Shown: positions 12,397-25,359, counted from the first letter of the stretch. The stretch: DNA of 31,724 bases from Gonapodya sp. JEL0774 (GCA_027604505.1 JADIIX010000090.1:62001-93724), one strand, 5' to 3'. The notes: generated from the sequence alone by a model not told the origin. Made by a program: numbers and translations.

Positions 12397-14032
12397 ATGA
12401 CAATCACTGCTGTACACACGAGCTCCTCTCACCACCCAATCACACGAGAAAATGGGGAATCAGAAGCTCCGGAAAACGGTACCACCAACGGGGATGCTTC
12501 GAAGTCCTCAGTCACCGATATCATCTGCGAGGGCTGCGGCACTACACCGGCCAAGATGAAATGCCCTACTTGCATTAAGCTCAAGATATCTGAGTCGTAC
12601 TTCTGTTCTCAGCAGTGCTTCAAGGATAACTGGTCAACACACAAGGAGAAGCATGTGGTAGTCATGGACCCCTTCGAGAACCGCTCTGACTTCAAATATA
12701 CTGGAAAACTGAGAGCTCGGTATCCCCTCTCGCCTCGAAGAAAGGTTCCCGAGCATATTGCGAAGCCGGATTGGGCCGTGTCAGGTGCGTCGGCGGAATT
12801 TATGTAGCTCATTGTCCTCCAAATTTCACAAAGCTCACGCCTTCGTAATCCGAATCTACAATGAATGGTGAAATCGTTCTCTGTGGTATCGCATTTCCGA
12901 CTTGACCATGTCAATGGCAATCCACTCGCAAAGGCATTCCAACGGCCGAGATCGCACTACGAGACACTCGAGTTGTTGAGGCATTGAAGCCTGCTGAAAT
13001 AGAAAAAATGCGGGAAGTCTGCCGTGTGAGTCATTAAAGCTCCGTGAATGTGTTTGTGATTCCAGAGTGGATGTGTGATGCAAAATATGACAGCTCGGTC
13101 GTGAGATCCTTGACATCGGGGCCGCCGCAGTACGCCCTGGTGTCACCACCGACGAGATTGATCGCATTGTGCACGAGGCTACTATCGAACGAGACGCATA
13201 CCCGTCACCTCTGAACTACAATGGGTTTCCCAAGTCATGCTGTACGAGTGTGAACGAGGTAATTTGCCATGGAATACCGGATCGATACGAATTGCAGGAT
13301 GGAGATATTGTGAATATAGATGTGAGCTTGTACAAGGATGGATTTAACGGTGCGTTATGAGATTCTGCAATAGGGTGGTTTCTGAACGAAAATTGATCAA
13401 CGATTACGAATGGCTTCGGTCCTCAAAGGTGACTTGAATGAAACCTATCTGGTCGGCAACGTCGACGATCGAGGACAGTTGCTTGTGCAAACTACCAGAG
13501 AGTGCCTTCAAAAGGCTATTGAACTCGGTGAGACAATTTTCATCCGTTTGCGTCCCGTCTTCACACGTTGCCTGAAACATCGGCGATGATAGTCAAACCG
13601 AATACTCCTTACCGCTCACTTGGTCGTGTTATCGAGCGCCATGCAACATCACGTGGTTTCGGTGTCATACGTACCTATTGTGGTCACGGGATTCACCGCT
13701 ACTTCCACTGCGCGCCATCGGTGCCGCACTACGAAAAGAACAAGGCAGTGGGAACTATGCAAGAGGGTCACATTTTTACCATTGAGCCCATGATCAGTGA
13801 GGGCAGATGGGAAGATAAACTCTGGCCAGACGTGAGTAGATCTGAGAGTGTTGAGAATTGTGACAGAGTTCCTGATGATCCCACTGTCCTTTGCTCCCTA
13901 TTGGCCCCTGCTGTTGGATCTGCCACCTAGCGATGGACGGCGGCAACCGTCGACGGCAAGCGTTCGGCACAGTTCGAACACACTTTGCTCGTGACAAAGA
14001 CTGGGTGTGATGTCCTGACCGCAAAGCAGTGA
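12397..14032 (+). CDS. MAP1: Methionine aminopeptidase 1 with N-terminal zinc finger, 6 exons
   Basis: CEGC...CPTC...[83 protein letters not shown]; stop TGA 14030-14032. Confidence 0.97.
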
Positions 14033-14326
14033 GAGGACTGGAGCCATCCTCGGTGACCGTTACGATCGCAGTAGCAAACTAACTCCTGTAAAGTCGGTGT
14101 AACCGAGGAGTTCGTCGACCTCACTATCTGATGGAGACACAGAACTTTTCTTTTGCTCAGAATTCTTATTAGCAGCACAAAAGTATGGTACATGGAAGCC
14201 CGCAAACAGCAGGGTACACCCACGCCGCCGCACAACCACACGTCCTTCCGCGCACGCACAATATAAAGTAGATGTGATTCAGCACCCAATTCTCGTTCTG
14301 TCACAAATCAACCCTCTGTTTAGAAA

Positions 14327-15966
14327 TTAACCGACAAGCTGGCTAGGCTGCTGGGGCTGGGGGTTGGGGCAGTCCCGGGCAAAGTGGCGGCCATGGCAGA
14401 GGTAGCACTCCAAGTTGGGACAATCGACAGACCGATGTCCGGCATCACCGCACTGGAAGCTGAAACAAACAAAACGGTGCACGGAAAAGGAGGGACGCGT
14501 AGTGAGAAACACCATCAATCCCATTTTGTGTAAGCAACTCACCACTTGGTGTCCGCGTTCGAATGTGGGCAGTTGCGCTGCAGGTGTCCTACACCACCAC
14601 AGGAGTAGCACTAAGAATTCCGAGTCCGAGGTTGTTGTGTACATTATCCACATACAGTGTGCATGACGGAAGCAAAAACTGACATGAGAAGCCCTGCAAC
14701 GACATTGGGAATTCTTCAAACTCACCTTCACGCCTGGGGCGCCGCCATCCATTCCGAGCACACCCTTCGATGGGCAGCTATCGTCATCACACAGGGAATA
14801 GCGCTCGGTTAGAAATGGAACCTCAAGAGGGACGATATACGGAACTCACTCCCTCGAAATATGACCAACACCTTGACACACGTAGCACCTCACGCCCGCA
14901 TTGGGCAGAGCTCCCGCCATGGCGCTCATGTTAAAGGCACCAGGACCTCCCCTTCCACCTCCCATTCCACCAGGTCCTCCACGCATTGGTCCACCACGGC
15001 CACCGGCAGCGCGGGGGTACTGTGCCATGCAGCTATTTGATGATGGGAATGACCCGCTGAGCGCGATTTCGAACAGGAGGCACTATTGACGCCACTTACT
15101 ACTTCGCCATATGGCCAGGGGCTCCGCAGCGGTTGCATACACCAGTGAAAGCCCGTGCACCTCCAGCGGAAGGACCACCACCAGCAACCCTCGCCACGGG
15201 GGGGTTTGGGTTCTGTGGGCAGTTCCGCTGGACGTGGCCAGCTGTTGAAGTAATGGAGATTCGCGGATTGGAAGGATTACAAATTCCAAACCACCGTGAG
15301 CAAAGTACAACTCACGCTTTCCACAGAGGTAGCAAGTAGCACCATCAGCGCCGTTGGCAGGACCCGTGTTGGTGCTGTGAGGGCATTCACGAGAGATGTG
15401 ACCTTGTTCGCCGCACGTGAAGCACTGCGCACAGGAACAGCATTAGCCCTTTGCCCGAGATCGTGGAAATGTGCAGTTCACGGGACAGGGGACTCCAAAT
15501 AACGGTGAGTTATCTGAGGAAGCTTACTTGGGTCTGTCTAGGTTCCGAGCATTCAGACGCCATGTGTCCTTGGTGACCACACCTTCAATAAGAAGAAATA
15601 GTATGACGTTTCTCTGGCACACCCGTTCCCAGCAAAACCAATGCCAACCTGTAGCAGCTAACAGGCGCTTTAGGATCCGGGCACTCTTGCTTTAGGTGAC
15701 CCGCTTTCTTGCAGCTGGATACATGGTTCGTGTAGGAGAGATAGAGCAACACACGTCCCGAAAACGGCGACGGAAAAGAAAAGCAACTAAACAATCGACG
15801 CACTTGTAGCACACAGCTTGAGACTGTTGACACACTGCTGACACATGCCCTAGCTCTCCACACTCTTTTCCAAGAGGATGGGCGAGGATGGTTGTTGAAC
15901 GCAAGAGGTTGTGGAACGGGGACGTCAGACAAAATACTCACTGTAACACATTAGCTGAGATGCCAT
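14327..15966 (-). CDS. CNBP/GIS2/Byr3-like CCHC zinc-knuckle nucleic-acid-binding protein with RGG box, 10 exons
   Basis: Splicing from ATG 15966 (MASQLMCY) yields nine CX2CX4HX4C knuckles, one CX2CX3HX4C knuckle and a GGRGGPMRGG...GGRGG segment, ending at TAA 14327. Confidence 0.9.
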
Positions 15967-16529
15967 TTCTCCTTTTCCTTCTCTTCTTCTTTCCACCAAC
16001 AATATCGTACGACCGACTTCTTCTTCACAGGACAACCACCACCACAAAGGACGCCGAAAGAAACGGACGCGGTCTGGTCTGCAGAGAGGAAAAAAAGCAC
16101 CCACGGGAGAGTTGTGGAAAAGGAAGGATCAGCACATGGGAGGAAAGGGAACAGCGAGGGGAGTACAGACTTGACGGACGATAGTAGAGTGAAAGACAAA
16201 AATGTTGAAGCCCCCTTTTGTGTGACCGAATGTGCACAACCAACACAGAAAAACGACATAACCGTTTGTAACCCTTGTTTCGAGAGCTAAGTCATAAATT
16301 ACATTACTTCGCTGTAAATGGCAATGACATACTGGTCCTCCGTCCATTTAGCCAACCGAAGTTTCTCCTACTGCTGTCCAGGTACGTTTACACAAGCGCC
16401 ACGCGCGTTTTGATCGTGTTTGTGTTTTTTGTTCTGTGGTAACGATGTTTGCAGTTATTCACGGCCCAGCCACCTGATTGTGAATGTGAGGTTGTCTGAC
16501 AACACCGAAAAACTACCTACTCATTAGCA

Positions 16530-19500
16530 ATGCCGTACCTGGCAGCTGCTCGCGCTCTCTATGATTATGACCCCCAAGCAGAAGAAGAATTGGCTGTCTC
16601 GGAGGGAAAGGTCGTGTTTGTGTCGAGCAAGAGCGACGAACCTTGGTGGAACTGCAAGGACATTCAGACGGGTAACACCGGATTAGTTCCTGCGAACTAC
16701 CTCGAGGAGGTAAGTTTTGTCCCCAGAAGAGGGGCTTTTGGAATGCCGGCGTAGAATGCAGCTGGTCACCCTGGGGTCGACGATCGGGATGGATGATTCT
16801 AGGGTCTCAGCATGGCATCACTCAAAATCATTATGCTGATTGGCTTTAGCGGGAGCGGTCCAAAAGTGCTCTTGCTGTCGCATCAGGGAAAATGCTACAG
16901 TGTTGGGTCACTATCCGAGTTCGTCTACTCCACGACCAATTACTCTTTCCACTGTCGCCCTCACTCTCCCCGCTGCTCCCTTTTCAAACATATCAAAATG
17001 TTCTATCGCTCCCAGCTCGATCCCTCCACCGCCGATTTGGTCCCCTCCTCCTTTGAGTATTCTGCCCAAGAGCCTGATGAGCTCACCTTCCCCGAATCTG
17101 CCAACCTCCGTGTCCTCGATCGTTCTGACCCAGATTGGTGGGTTTGCTCCCTGAACGGTCAGGTCGGTCTTGTTCCCGCGACCTACCTTGAGGGTGGTTC
17201 CTCCCAGGATCAAGATGTCCAAGATGATGGTGCCGACTCTGGCCAGCCAGATCTGGCTGCAGCGTCAGATGGTCCCGTCCAATCACGTTTCGCGGACCTT
17301 CCGTCTTTGGGAAATTCCTCCGCCGACTCCGATGTCCCTACTGACATTGAATATTGGAAAGTCACTGAACTGGACCCTAAAAAGAAGAAGCAGATTCGAT
17401 CTGGGCTTATCGGTGCCACGGACGTTTCGATTTTGCTGGTGAACGACGCTCGTGCTTTGGTTTACTTCAAGTGGGCGCTCGCTGATCTGGGTAAGCGAGA
17501 GCGCAAAGGGAAGAGAGTACACTTGCATTTTGCCGGTGGAGAAGAAAGGATCTTCGAGCCTAAGGAAAAGAAAGAGGCCGAGGCATTGTTGGGCAAAATC
17601 GAGGAGATGGCGAGACTGAAGAAGGTGGGTCCTGGTTGCGCCATGGAGAGTGCATGGGTTGGTCAAGTATGTTTATCGTGCTTGTTCGAGAGCGAAGTAT
17701 TTCGAAGAAGCAAGCCTCGACAATGGTGGAAGGAACAAGCGATCCAGTGCTTGTTTGGTTTACTCTCCCCTTTACCGACTCACCTTTCAAAATCTCTTGG
17801 CATCGCCCCAATCAGACCGTCAAACCATTCGAGCCCGCACTTCCGCGTCCTGCTCTCCCTGCCCATGTCGCATCTGGTCAAGCATCCGCGTCCTCCAAAG
17901 TTCCTCCACCCGTTCTTGGGCCGTCGCCGGCCGCTAGGGCGGCCGGTCTCCCATCCTCAACACCACCACCGCCTGCTCCATCTCCTCCACCTCCTCAGGC
18001 CACTTTCACAGCATCCAAGCCCGCTGTGGCAGCCTCAAAACTTGGCACTGCGCTATATGATTACACGCCGGATCCCTCTACATCTGCCGGGGACGAAATC
18101 GCCGTCCGCGAAAACGACATTTTGATGGTTTTGGAAGACGATGATCCAGACTGGATGCGTGTGCGGCTTGTTGCTAAGGATGGCAGGTCAGGGGAGGGCA
18201 TGGTGCCACGATCATATGTTGAAGTTAAGAAGACCGGTGATGCCGGGGATGGAGCGCACTCACCTGCTTTGCAGAATGGTGGTGGAGGCGTGATGGAAGA
18301 TGTGGCTTTCAAATTAGCCGGGAGTGTATCTGTTCCGCCTATGACTACGGCACCTGCGCTACCGAGGAGAAAGATAGAGGACGATGTCTCCGCACCGGGA
18401 AGTCCTGGGAGTCCTGGAGGAGGAGGCAGCCCCAGTAAGTTGCACCAACCAAGCTGAGGAGGTCTGTGAGTTGTAAATTTATTCCAACTGAATACTCTTA
18501 GAATCCCTTCCCGACCAAGCAAAAGTACGCACTTGGACCGACAAAACAGGAACGTTCAAAGTCGACGCGGAGTTTTTGACGTTTGGAGAGGGGAAGGTGA
18601 CCGTCGCAACTTGTGGTTTTGCGCTTTCTTGGCTGAAATGTCTCGTACCGTGTCCCGTACCCATAAGGTAAACCTACACAAAACAAACGGTGTCAAGATC
18701 GCTGTTCCTCTGGAGAAACTATGTGCCAGTGACCAGGAGTTTGTTCGCTCTATCAATGCAGAGGCCGCTGCGACCCCCCGTGCGTCCTCCCCGGGGCCAA
18801 AACTTCCCGCGCGCACGGCCAGTCTTCCTGTGAACGACCGCCCAGCTCTTCCGAGTCGTGAAGCCACTTCATCTTCAAGTAACCAATACGTCTATAATGG
18901 CTTTGATTGGTATGAATTCTTGACAGCGAAAGCTGCCATTAACCCTCAGGACGCCCGGACGTACGCCGCCACTTTTGTCCGAGAAAAAATAGACTCGTTT
19001 ACCCTGAATGGACTGGACGTGGATATACTGAAGTCCATGGGTGTCGCAAGTGGAGATATTATTCGGGTGCGCAAGGCTGCTGCAGCTGTAGCGGATGGTG
19101 GGAGTGCTGAAAGCAAGGCTTTGGGTCCGTTGCCGGCGGTGGGAGGAGCCCATCGAGCGAGGGAAAGAGAAGCGGCAGAGAGAAATTTGGCAAAATTGGG
19201 GGTGAGTTGGATCACGCTGGTGATTCGACCGATTCCATTTTTAATCGAGAAACGCTGAATTGGAACCACCCACGCCCTCTCAGCTCGATTCGGGCAACAT
19301 GCAACTAAGAACGGATGAAGAAATAGCTCGGAGCTTACAGGAAGAAGAGTATCGTGCCGCGGGTCAGGTGCCACCTGCTTCGATGATGCATGCTCAATCA
19401 GATTCACCAGATCCATATGCAGCACTGAGGGGAGGCAACAAACCTGCGATAGCGTTCGCTGCAAAAAATGCAGCAGTGCCGAGAAGATGTGAGTTGATCT

Positions 19501-21993
19501 TGAATCATTAGCGTCATTGGCGAGTGCTGAAGGACTGCATCCTGAACTGCGGCTGTAGCGTCTGGCACATCAAAAGCTCCTACCACAGTCGATGCTGCAT
19601 TCGTCAAAGACGCTCAACAAAAGCTCAGTGCGTCCAGCACTCCAGCAGTGTCTCCAGCTCTGCCCCGCCGTCCTGCTAGTTCGAATGCCATGCCCAATTC
19701 GCCTCCATCACCTGCCCCCAACTTCCCCGTCAGCGACTGGGATACTCCACTCCACGCTACCTCTCCGCCAGTACATGCTCCTCTTCGCAAAACCTCTAGC
19801 CAATTGTCTCTGCCCGCGGCCACTACTTCAGTGACCTCTTTTGCAGGGTCCAACGCTTTCCCACCAGCGGACGAATTTAACAACACGAAAGCACTCTCGT
19901 CATCGCATGGGAGCCTCGGCACTCCTCCCCCGTCTTCGCCCGGTGCAGCACGGAAGAGGCCAGAGCCAAGTGCAAAGTCTGATTTATCTCTTCCCTCAGC
20001 AGCAACTATGGCGTCAGCCACAACGAGGCCATCCTCTGTTCCACCTCCTCAGACACAACGTCTCCGTAACACTGCTGTTGCATCTCCGACGCCCCCTTCT
20101 CTGCAGCCTCTCATTCCGGCACCTGCAAGACCCTCATTGAATTACGCTCCACAACAAACCACGAATCGCCCTAGCGCTGTCGCTGCTCCTCCGCCAGCAC
20201 CTGTTCCACCGCCGATGCCCATCGTGCAATCGACACCTCCCGCTCCTGTGCAGTCATTCCGGCCCACGCTGGTGTCTGCACAGAATCCTCCCGCCCCCCA
20301 ACCAACTCCATCATTCCAACCCAGCCTGGTGAATCCTTCCTCGGCTGGAATTCCAAGTACTGCTGGCAGTTTTCCTTCTTCATTTGCTTCCTCGGCTCTG
20401 GTTGCAGAACCAGCAAAGCCGATCATTTCTGCCCCTCATCCACAACAGATGTTTCCATCTTCCAATCCCACTGGCCCGTTGCAAGGCGGCATGTCGCCAT
20501 ATGTTCTTCCACAATCTGCTTCACCTGCGCCGACATCAATATCATCGGTATCTACCTGGCAACAACCACCCAGCACCTCTGTGGGTAGTTTCTCGGGGAC
20601 ATCGTCGCAGCAATTCGGGCAAGGTGGTTCTGGAATAGTGACGCAATCACTAGGTCCGCACCTTGGACAAGCGTCCCAGTCATTTCAACCTCAGCTTCAA
20701 CAGGCTGGATCATTTATCCCAAATCAGTCAATGGGTCCTCCTCCACCGACTCCTTCACTGGCCAACAAACCTTCCAGTGGCTCTCTGCCACCACCTCTCA
20801 TTCCTACTGCCCCCAATTCGTTTGGTCCAAGGCCAAGTGGACAACCTAATTTCATTGGGCAGGCCATGCCCACAGCCGGCAGCTTTGGTGCACAGATGAA
20901 TGCATCAATAGGAGGTGCTACGAATACATCTTTTGGTGGCATGCAGGGGAACTCTGGTCCAGGAACACCAGGCATGGGTACTCCGATTCTGGGACAGGGA
21001 ATGAGCGCTCCAGGAATTGGTCCCCAAGGAATGGGACAGCAGGGCCTGGGAATAGGGCAGCCTGGAATGGGCCAACAAGGGATGGTACATCAAGGGATGG
21101 TGCAACAGGGTTTGCCAATCGGGCAGCAAGGTGCCGGTCAACCGGTAACAAGCTTCAATTCGTCGACAGGGAGCCAAATGCAGGGTGCAGCATTTGGCGG
21201 CATGGGGCCAAGTCACACTGGGACTACAGGAATGGCAAGCATGCAACCGCATCCAACTTTTGGTGGTCAAGTTCTCGGCAGCGGTCCTGGATCCATCCTT
21301 GGAACGCAGTCCACCAATCGAGGCGTCCAAAGTCTTCCCTCGGGAGGACTCGGGGGAAGCTTTGGCAATCTGGCGTCAGGCATTGCTGGAGGGAGTGGCT
21401 CCTCAATTGCAAGCACTTCTGGTATTGGTGGACCAAAAACTTTCTTGCCGCTGCCTCCGAGTGCAAGCAGCATCGGGAGTGGCGGATTTGGTGGGTCTCA
21501 GCAGTCTCAAGGTGCTTTCGGGAATATGGGAGGGATGCAGCAGGGACCAGGGGGATTGGGTGGTGGATCCATGGGTATGGGAGGAACGCAGCAGGGAATG
21601 GGAAGTGGATCCATGGGCATGGTAGGAATGCAACAGGGAATAGGAGGTGGATCCATGGGCATGGGAGGGATGCAGCAGGGAATGGGAAGTGGAACCTTGG
21701 GCATGGGTGGGATGCCAGGGATGGCGGGAATGCAGTCCGGAATAAACCAACAAGGCATGCAATCCGGGATGCAGGTTATGCAGTCTGCCATGAGTCCGGG
21801 CATGCAGCAGATGCAACCAGGGATGCAGCACGGTGTTCAAAACATGGGAATGGGACCCGTTCTCGGGTTCACTGGAATGAGCAACATGCAAAATAATATG
21901 CAGGGTATGTCTGGCTTGCAGGGCGGTTTCATTGGCGGACCACCCCAACAGCAAGGAACTCTAGGACTAAATGGAGTGGGATACCGACGATGA
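16530..21993 (+). CDS. SLA1: Actin cytoskeleton/endocytic adaptor Sla1 (3 SH3, SHD1, SAM-like SHD2, P/G/Q/M-rich tail), 7 exons
   Basis: SH3s ALYDYDPQAEEEL..WW..GLVPANYL, FEYSAQEPDELTF..WW..GLVPATYL and ALYDYTP..W..GMVPRSYV. SHD1 RTWTDKTGTFKVDAEFL..GK|VNLHKTNGVKIAVPLEKL. SHD2 FDWYEFL..LKSMGVASGDIIRV. Confidence 0.93.
21559..21715 (+). repeat. 42-nt coding tandem repeat (~3.7 copies) encoding a 14-aa GGSMGMGGMQQGMG-like unit in the SLA1 tail
   Basis: Recurrence of gtggatccatggg(t/c)atgg at 42-nt spacing. Confidence 0.85.
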
Positions 21994-22471
21994 GTATTCT
22001 GAGATTGTGGGTTGGTGTAATACATAAACGAATCATTAATTTACGTAGATTTGAGTCGATTTTTCGTGTCATCTGGACAGTTTGTAGTTGACATCACCGC
22101 GAACCAACAGATCTTTCACCTTTCGAACGGGCACGGTCGTACATGGGACGTACTTGGGGAGGGGGGGGGGGGGGGACAGGACCCGGTCTTGGACTGGGGT
22201 TGTGGTGTGGCGTTCACACAAAAGTGCCCATTTCCACTCACAAAATCCCTATAAATGTTTGTGTTGCTGGAGATTTTGGACTTTTGGTGGCCAAGGGGGA
22301 GGAAATTGCTGAGACAGGGGAGATCAACAAATAAACGATCAATGCGAGTTGAACGCAATGGACTACTAATGTAACTAGCTACAAAGAGCGAGAGATTGGA
22401 TACGCAGATCACCTTAAACCAAAACGCAATTCTTCAAAATTGCCCATCCCTCCCAAAACTGAGAAATCATG

Positions 22472-23053
22472 TCAATAGTTCGCTGGGCAGCATCCGTACA
22501 GGTTACATGGAGTCTCCGTGCTCTTGCATGCTTGGAGGCCTGAGGCAGGCCACTGGGGACAGAGAATCAAATAATGTGAAACGGGATGGGAAAAGAGGGA
22601 TAGGTAAGAGGGTGGGAAAATGTGTGAGCTGGGTACCTCTGGCATTTCTTTATCGACAAGTTACCACGTACGCAATCTTCGGTTGCGTCGATACACTTTT
22701 CAAAGCTGGTGCTTCCGCAATACCAGCATCACCGTTTTGGCAGCAGACAATACTGGGGTTCACATTCAAAGTCCTGGGGTTGCAGTAAGTGTAGACCCTG
22801 CGACGGATCGAAGGGACAGCACTTTCCCCGCAACTGATTGACAATCCACTACCGTCATATCGGTTGCCACACGCAAGGCTTCGAGAAGGATCGCACTTTG
22901 GGTGTTGTGGAATGAGAGAAATCGGTACAAATTCTTGAAATCAACAGGTACCAATAATCATACAACGTACGCAAAATGAGTGAGGATAGAGACACGTGTT
23001 TCAACAGTAGTTTCCAAGCGAGCCGGTCTTGTTGCAGACATCGAGGTCTCGTC
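22472..23053 (-). pseudogene. Disabled tandem paralogue of the secreted cysteine-rich gene at 23881-24937
   Basis: Same exon/intron layout and near-identical peptide (DVCNKTGSLGNYC*NTCLYPHSFC|CDPSRSLACG..KCCPFDPSQG..|WPASGLQACKSTETPCNLYGCCPANY*). In-frame TGA at 23001-23003, 22729-22731 and 22472-22474, plus frameshifts (exon 2 is 224 nt vs 240 nt). Confidence 0.85.
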
Positions 23054-23880
23054 AAGTCGGTTACGGCGCCGTCAGCCGATCAGACGGGGGCCGACGAGTA
23101 CATGTATAATGAGAGGAAAGAGTGCCCGAATATTGACCGTTGGAGGATTGGCAGATCGAATATCAACAGGTGTGTGTATTCAAGAACATGACGTGTGAAG
23201 GCACCGCCACACTTCAGTTTGTCAGGCCAAGGTTCGCCACTCACTTAAATTGTTTTTGGATAAGAGAAAATAACTTCAAGTGATGAAATATCCTTACGTG
23301 TGAACTTACTTTGTCGATCTCTTGGCGCGGGTATGCCGAGCGTTCACACGGTTTGCATCGCCCATCGTCCATTCATTCTTCAAGAGGGATCGGCACATCT
23401 TACTTGATTGAAATGGAGCCGCACCTACAGCCGTGCTGCTTTAATTTGGCCCTTCAAGGTGGATGTCATCATTTGCGTGCCGCCCATGGCGGAGGGTCTC
23501 CTCCCTAGATCGCGCCATCGTTGATTTGGCGCTCGATGCATTGTAAAGAAGAATAAATGAACATTTGTCAAGCCCATAACACGCCACCTGTGTGTGTGCT
23601 CTAGTTGTGACTATCGCTCTTGACGTGTGTTTCCCCGACAATCAACATAATTGGCGAAAAGTATTAAGATACATCTATGTTCAAGCCAAGCCTACAATAC
23701 AATATGCACTACTACAGTTAACAGTAACATCCAAGTCACATACAGTAACACCAAAGAATTCAAAAAGAAAATACATCCAGCACTTCGCAATTTCCCATCC
23801 TTCCTCCCTCCCACGAACACGAATTCCCCATCCTTCCTCCCTCTCATGAAAACGAAACGCTATATCAGTTAAGCTGCCTC

Positions 23881-24937
23881 TCATGGTTCTTCGGGGATGC
23901 CTATGGTCTTGGGAGGCGGTGGCCAACGAGGTGGTGGTGGTGGGGGGTACCGCGGGGGCGGGGCAGGTGCTACGGCCGTTAAATGGGTTTTACACAGTTT
24001 GTACGTCAATGTGAGTAACGAAACCACGCAGAACAGTGAACGACTTCATCAATCAATATGCACTCCTAAACACTCACGTAGGTACTGGCAGTTGGGCTTC
24101 CCGGGGTCGTCCTTCGCGGACAGACAAACGTAGTTCGCTGGGCAGCATCCGTACAGCCCACAGGGAGTCTCCGTGCTCTTGCACGCTTGGAGGCCTGAGG
24201 CAGGCCACTGGGGACAGAGAATCAGATAATGTGGAACGGGATGAGAAAAGAGGGAAGTGTGTGAGCTAGGCACCTCCTGCGTATCTTTATCGACAAGTTA
24301 CCACGTACGCAATCTTCGTTTGCATCGATGCACTTTTCAGAGCTGGTGTTTCCCCACCACCAGCACCAGCGTTTTGCTGGCAGCGGACAATACTGGGGTT
24401 CACATTCAAACGTCCGGGGGTTGCAGTAGGTCCACTGACCCTGCGACGGGTCGAAGGGACAGCACTTTCCTCCGCAACAAGTTGAGTAGGTAGTTGCCCC
24501 CGGAATGTTGTAAGGGGCACCGCAGACAAGGCTGCGGGAGGGGTCGCACTGGTGGGGGATTGATGGAAGAGTTTGGTTGAATCGACAGTAAACGCGGATT
24601 TACAAGGAAGGAAAGGGCACAGTTTAGGGCAATGTGAAGATTTTTGTGGCTGGGGGCCCCGGGGGCAGGGGGGGGGATCTACCAAATGGAACAGAAGCAA
24701 TCAACTAACACAGAAGACATGCGGGTACAGGCACTTTGTTCCACAGTAGTCTCCTAGCCAGGCAGTCAGGTTGCAGACGTCGCGGTCCCGCTTGATCAGA
24801 GACGATCGGTCGGCAATTTCTCGAACCTGCTCCGAGTGAGTGCTGTCCTCGTGTGAACGGAGGGAGTCTGAAAGGACCGGAAGCACAAGGAGAAAGCATA
24901 CGAAAGTGTAGAATGCGGTGCGGGAGGGGACGCACAT
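23881..24937 (-). CDS. Secreted cysteine-rich protein (228 aa): signal peptide, pro-region ending in KR, 22 Cys, Pro-rich tail
   Basis: Phase-consistent exons 24937-24710, 24548-24309, 24207-24078, 23969-23881. Hydrophobic N-terminus (AFYTFVCFLLVLPVLS) and SSLIKR|DRDVC. Structure corroborated by the paralogous copy. Confidence 0.85.
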
Positions 24938-25359
24938 TGTGGTTGGTGGACTCGTCTTCGTCTGGGGAAACTACTTCTTTTGACCCCGTGGATTAGCAGT
25001 CAACTGAGTCGTGTTCACACCTCCACAACAAAGTTTGTGCAAAGCAGAAGCCGTCGTCGCGAGTTTTTCCCTTCCCAAATATCACGGCGAAACGTGACAC
25101 GCATTTTCGTTCTCAAATAAATACTTGATGCAAACGGTCTGGTCGGTATCAATGTTTGTCCTCCCTCTCTTGAACATCCCAGCATCAGAACCGCGTGAAT
25201 GCTTCCAATTTGTCTGGCTTCTGTGCAGGAAAGGACTGCATAGGCTTCGCGAGTTTCTGTAACTCTTCTTATTTGTCTGGATTTTCGTGCAGGAAAGGAG
25301 CCCGAGAGCTGGGCGAACAGAGACACGAATTATATTCCAGAACCACTAGACCACACTCA

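Noticed and set aside
14327..15966. CCHC knuckles as retrotransposon Gag
   Set aside because: Multi-intron cellular gene with no protease, RT, integrase or LTRs nearby.
22472..23053. In-frame TGA codons in the Cys-rich paralogue as selenocysteine or readthrough
   Set aside because: They align to Gly, Trp and Val codons rather than Cys and co-occur with frameshifts; a pseudogene is the simpler explanation.
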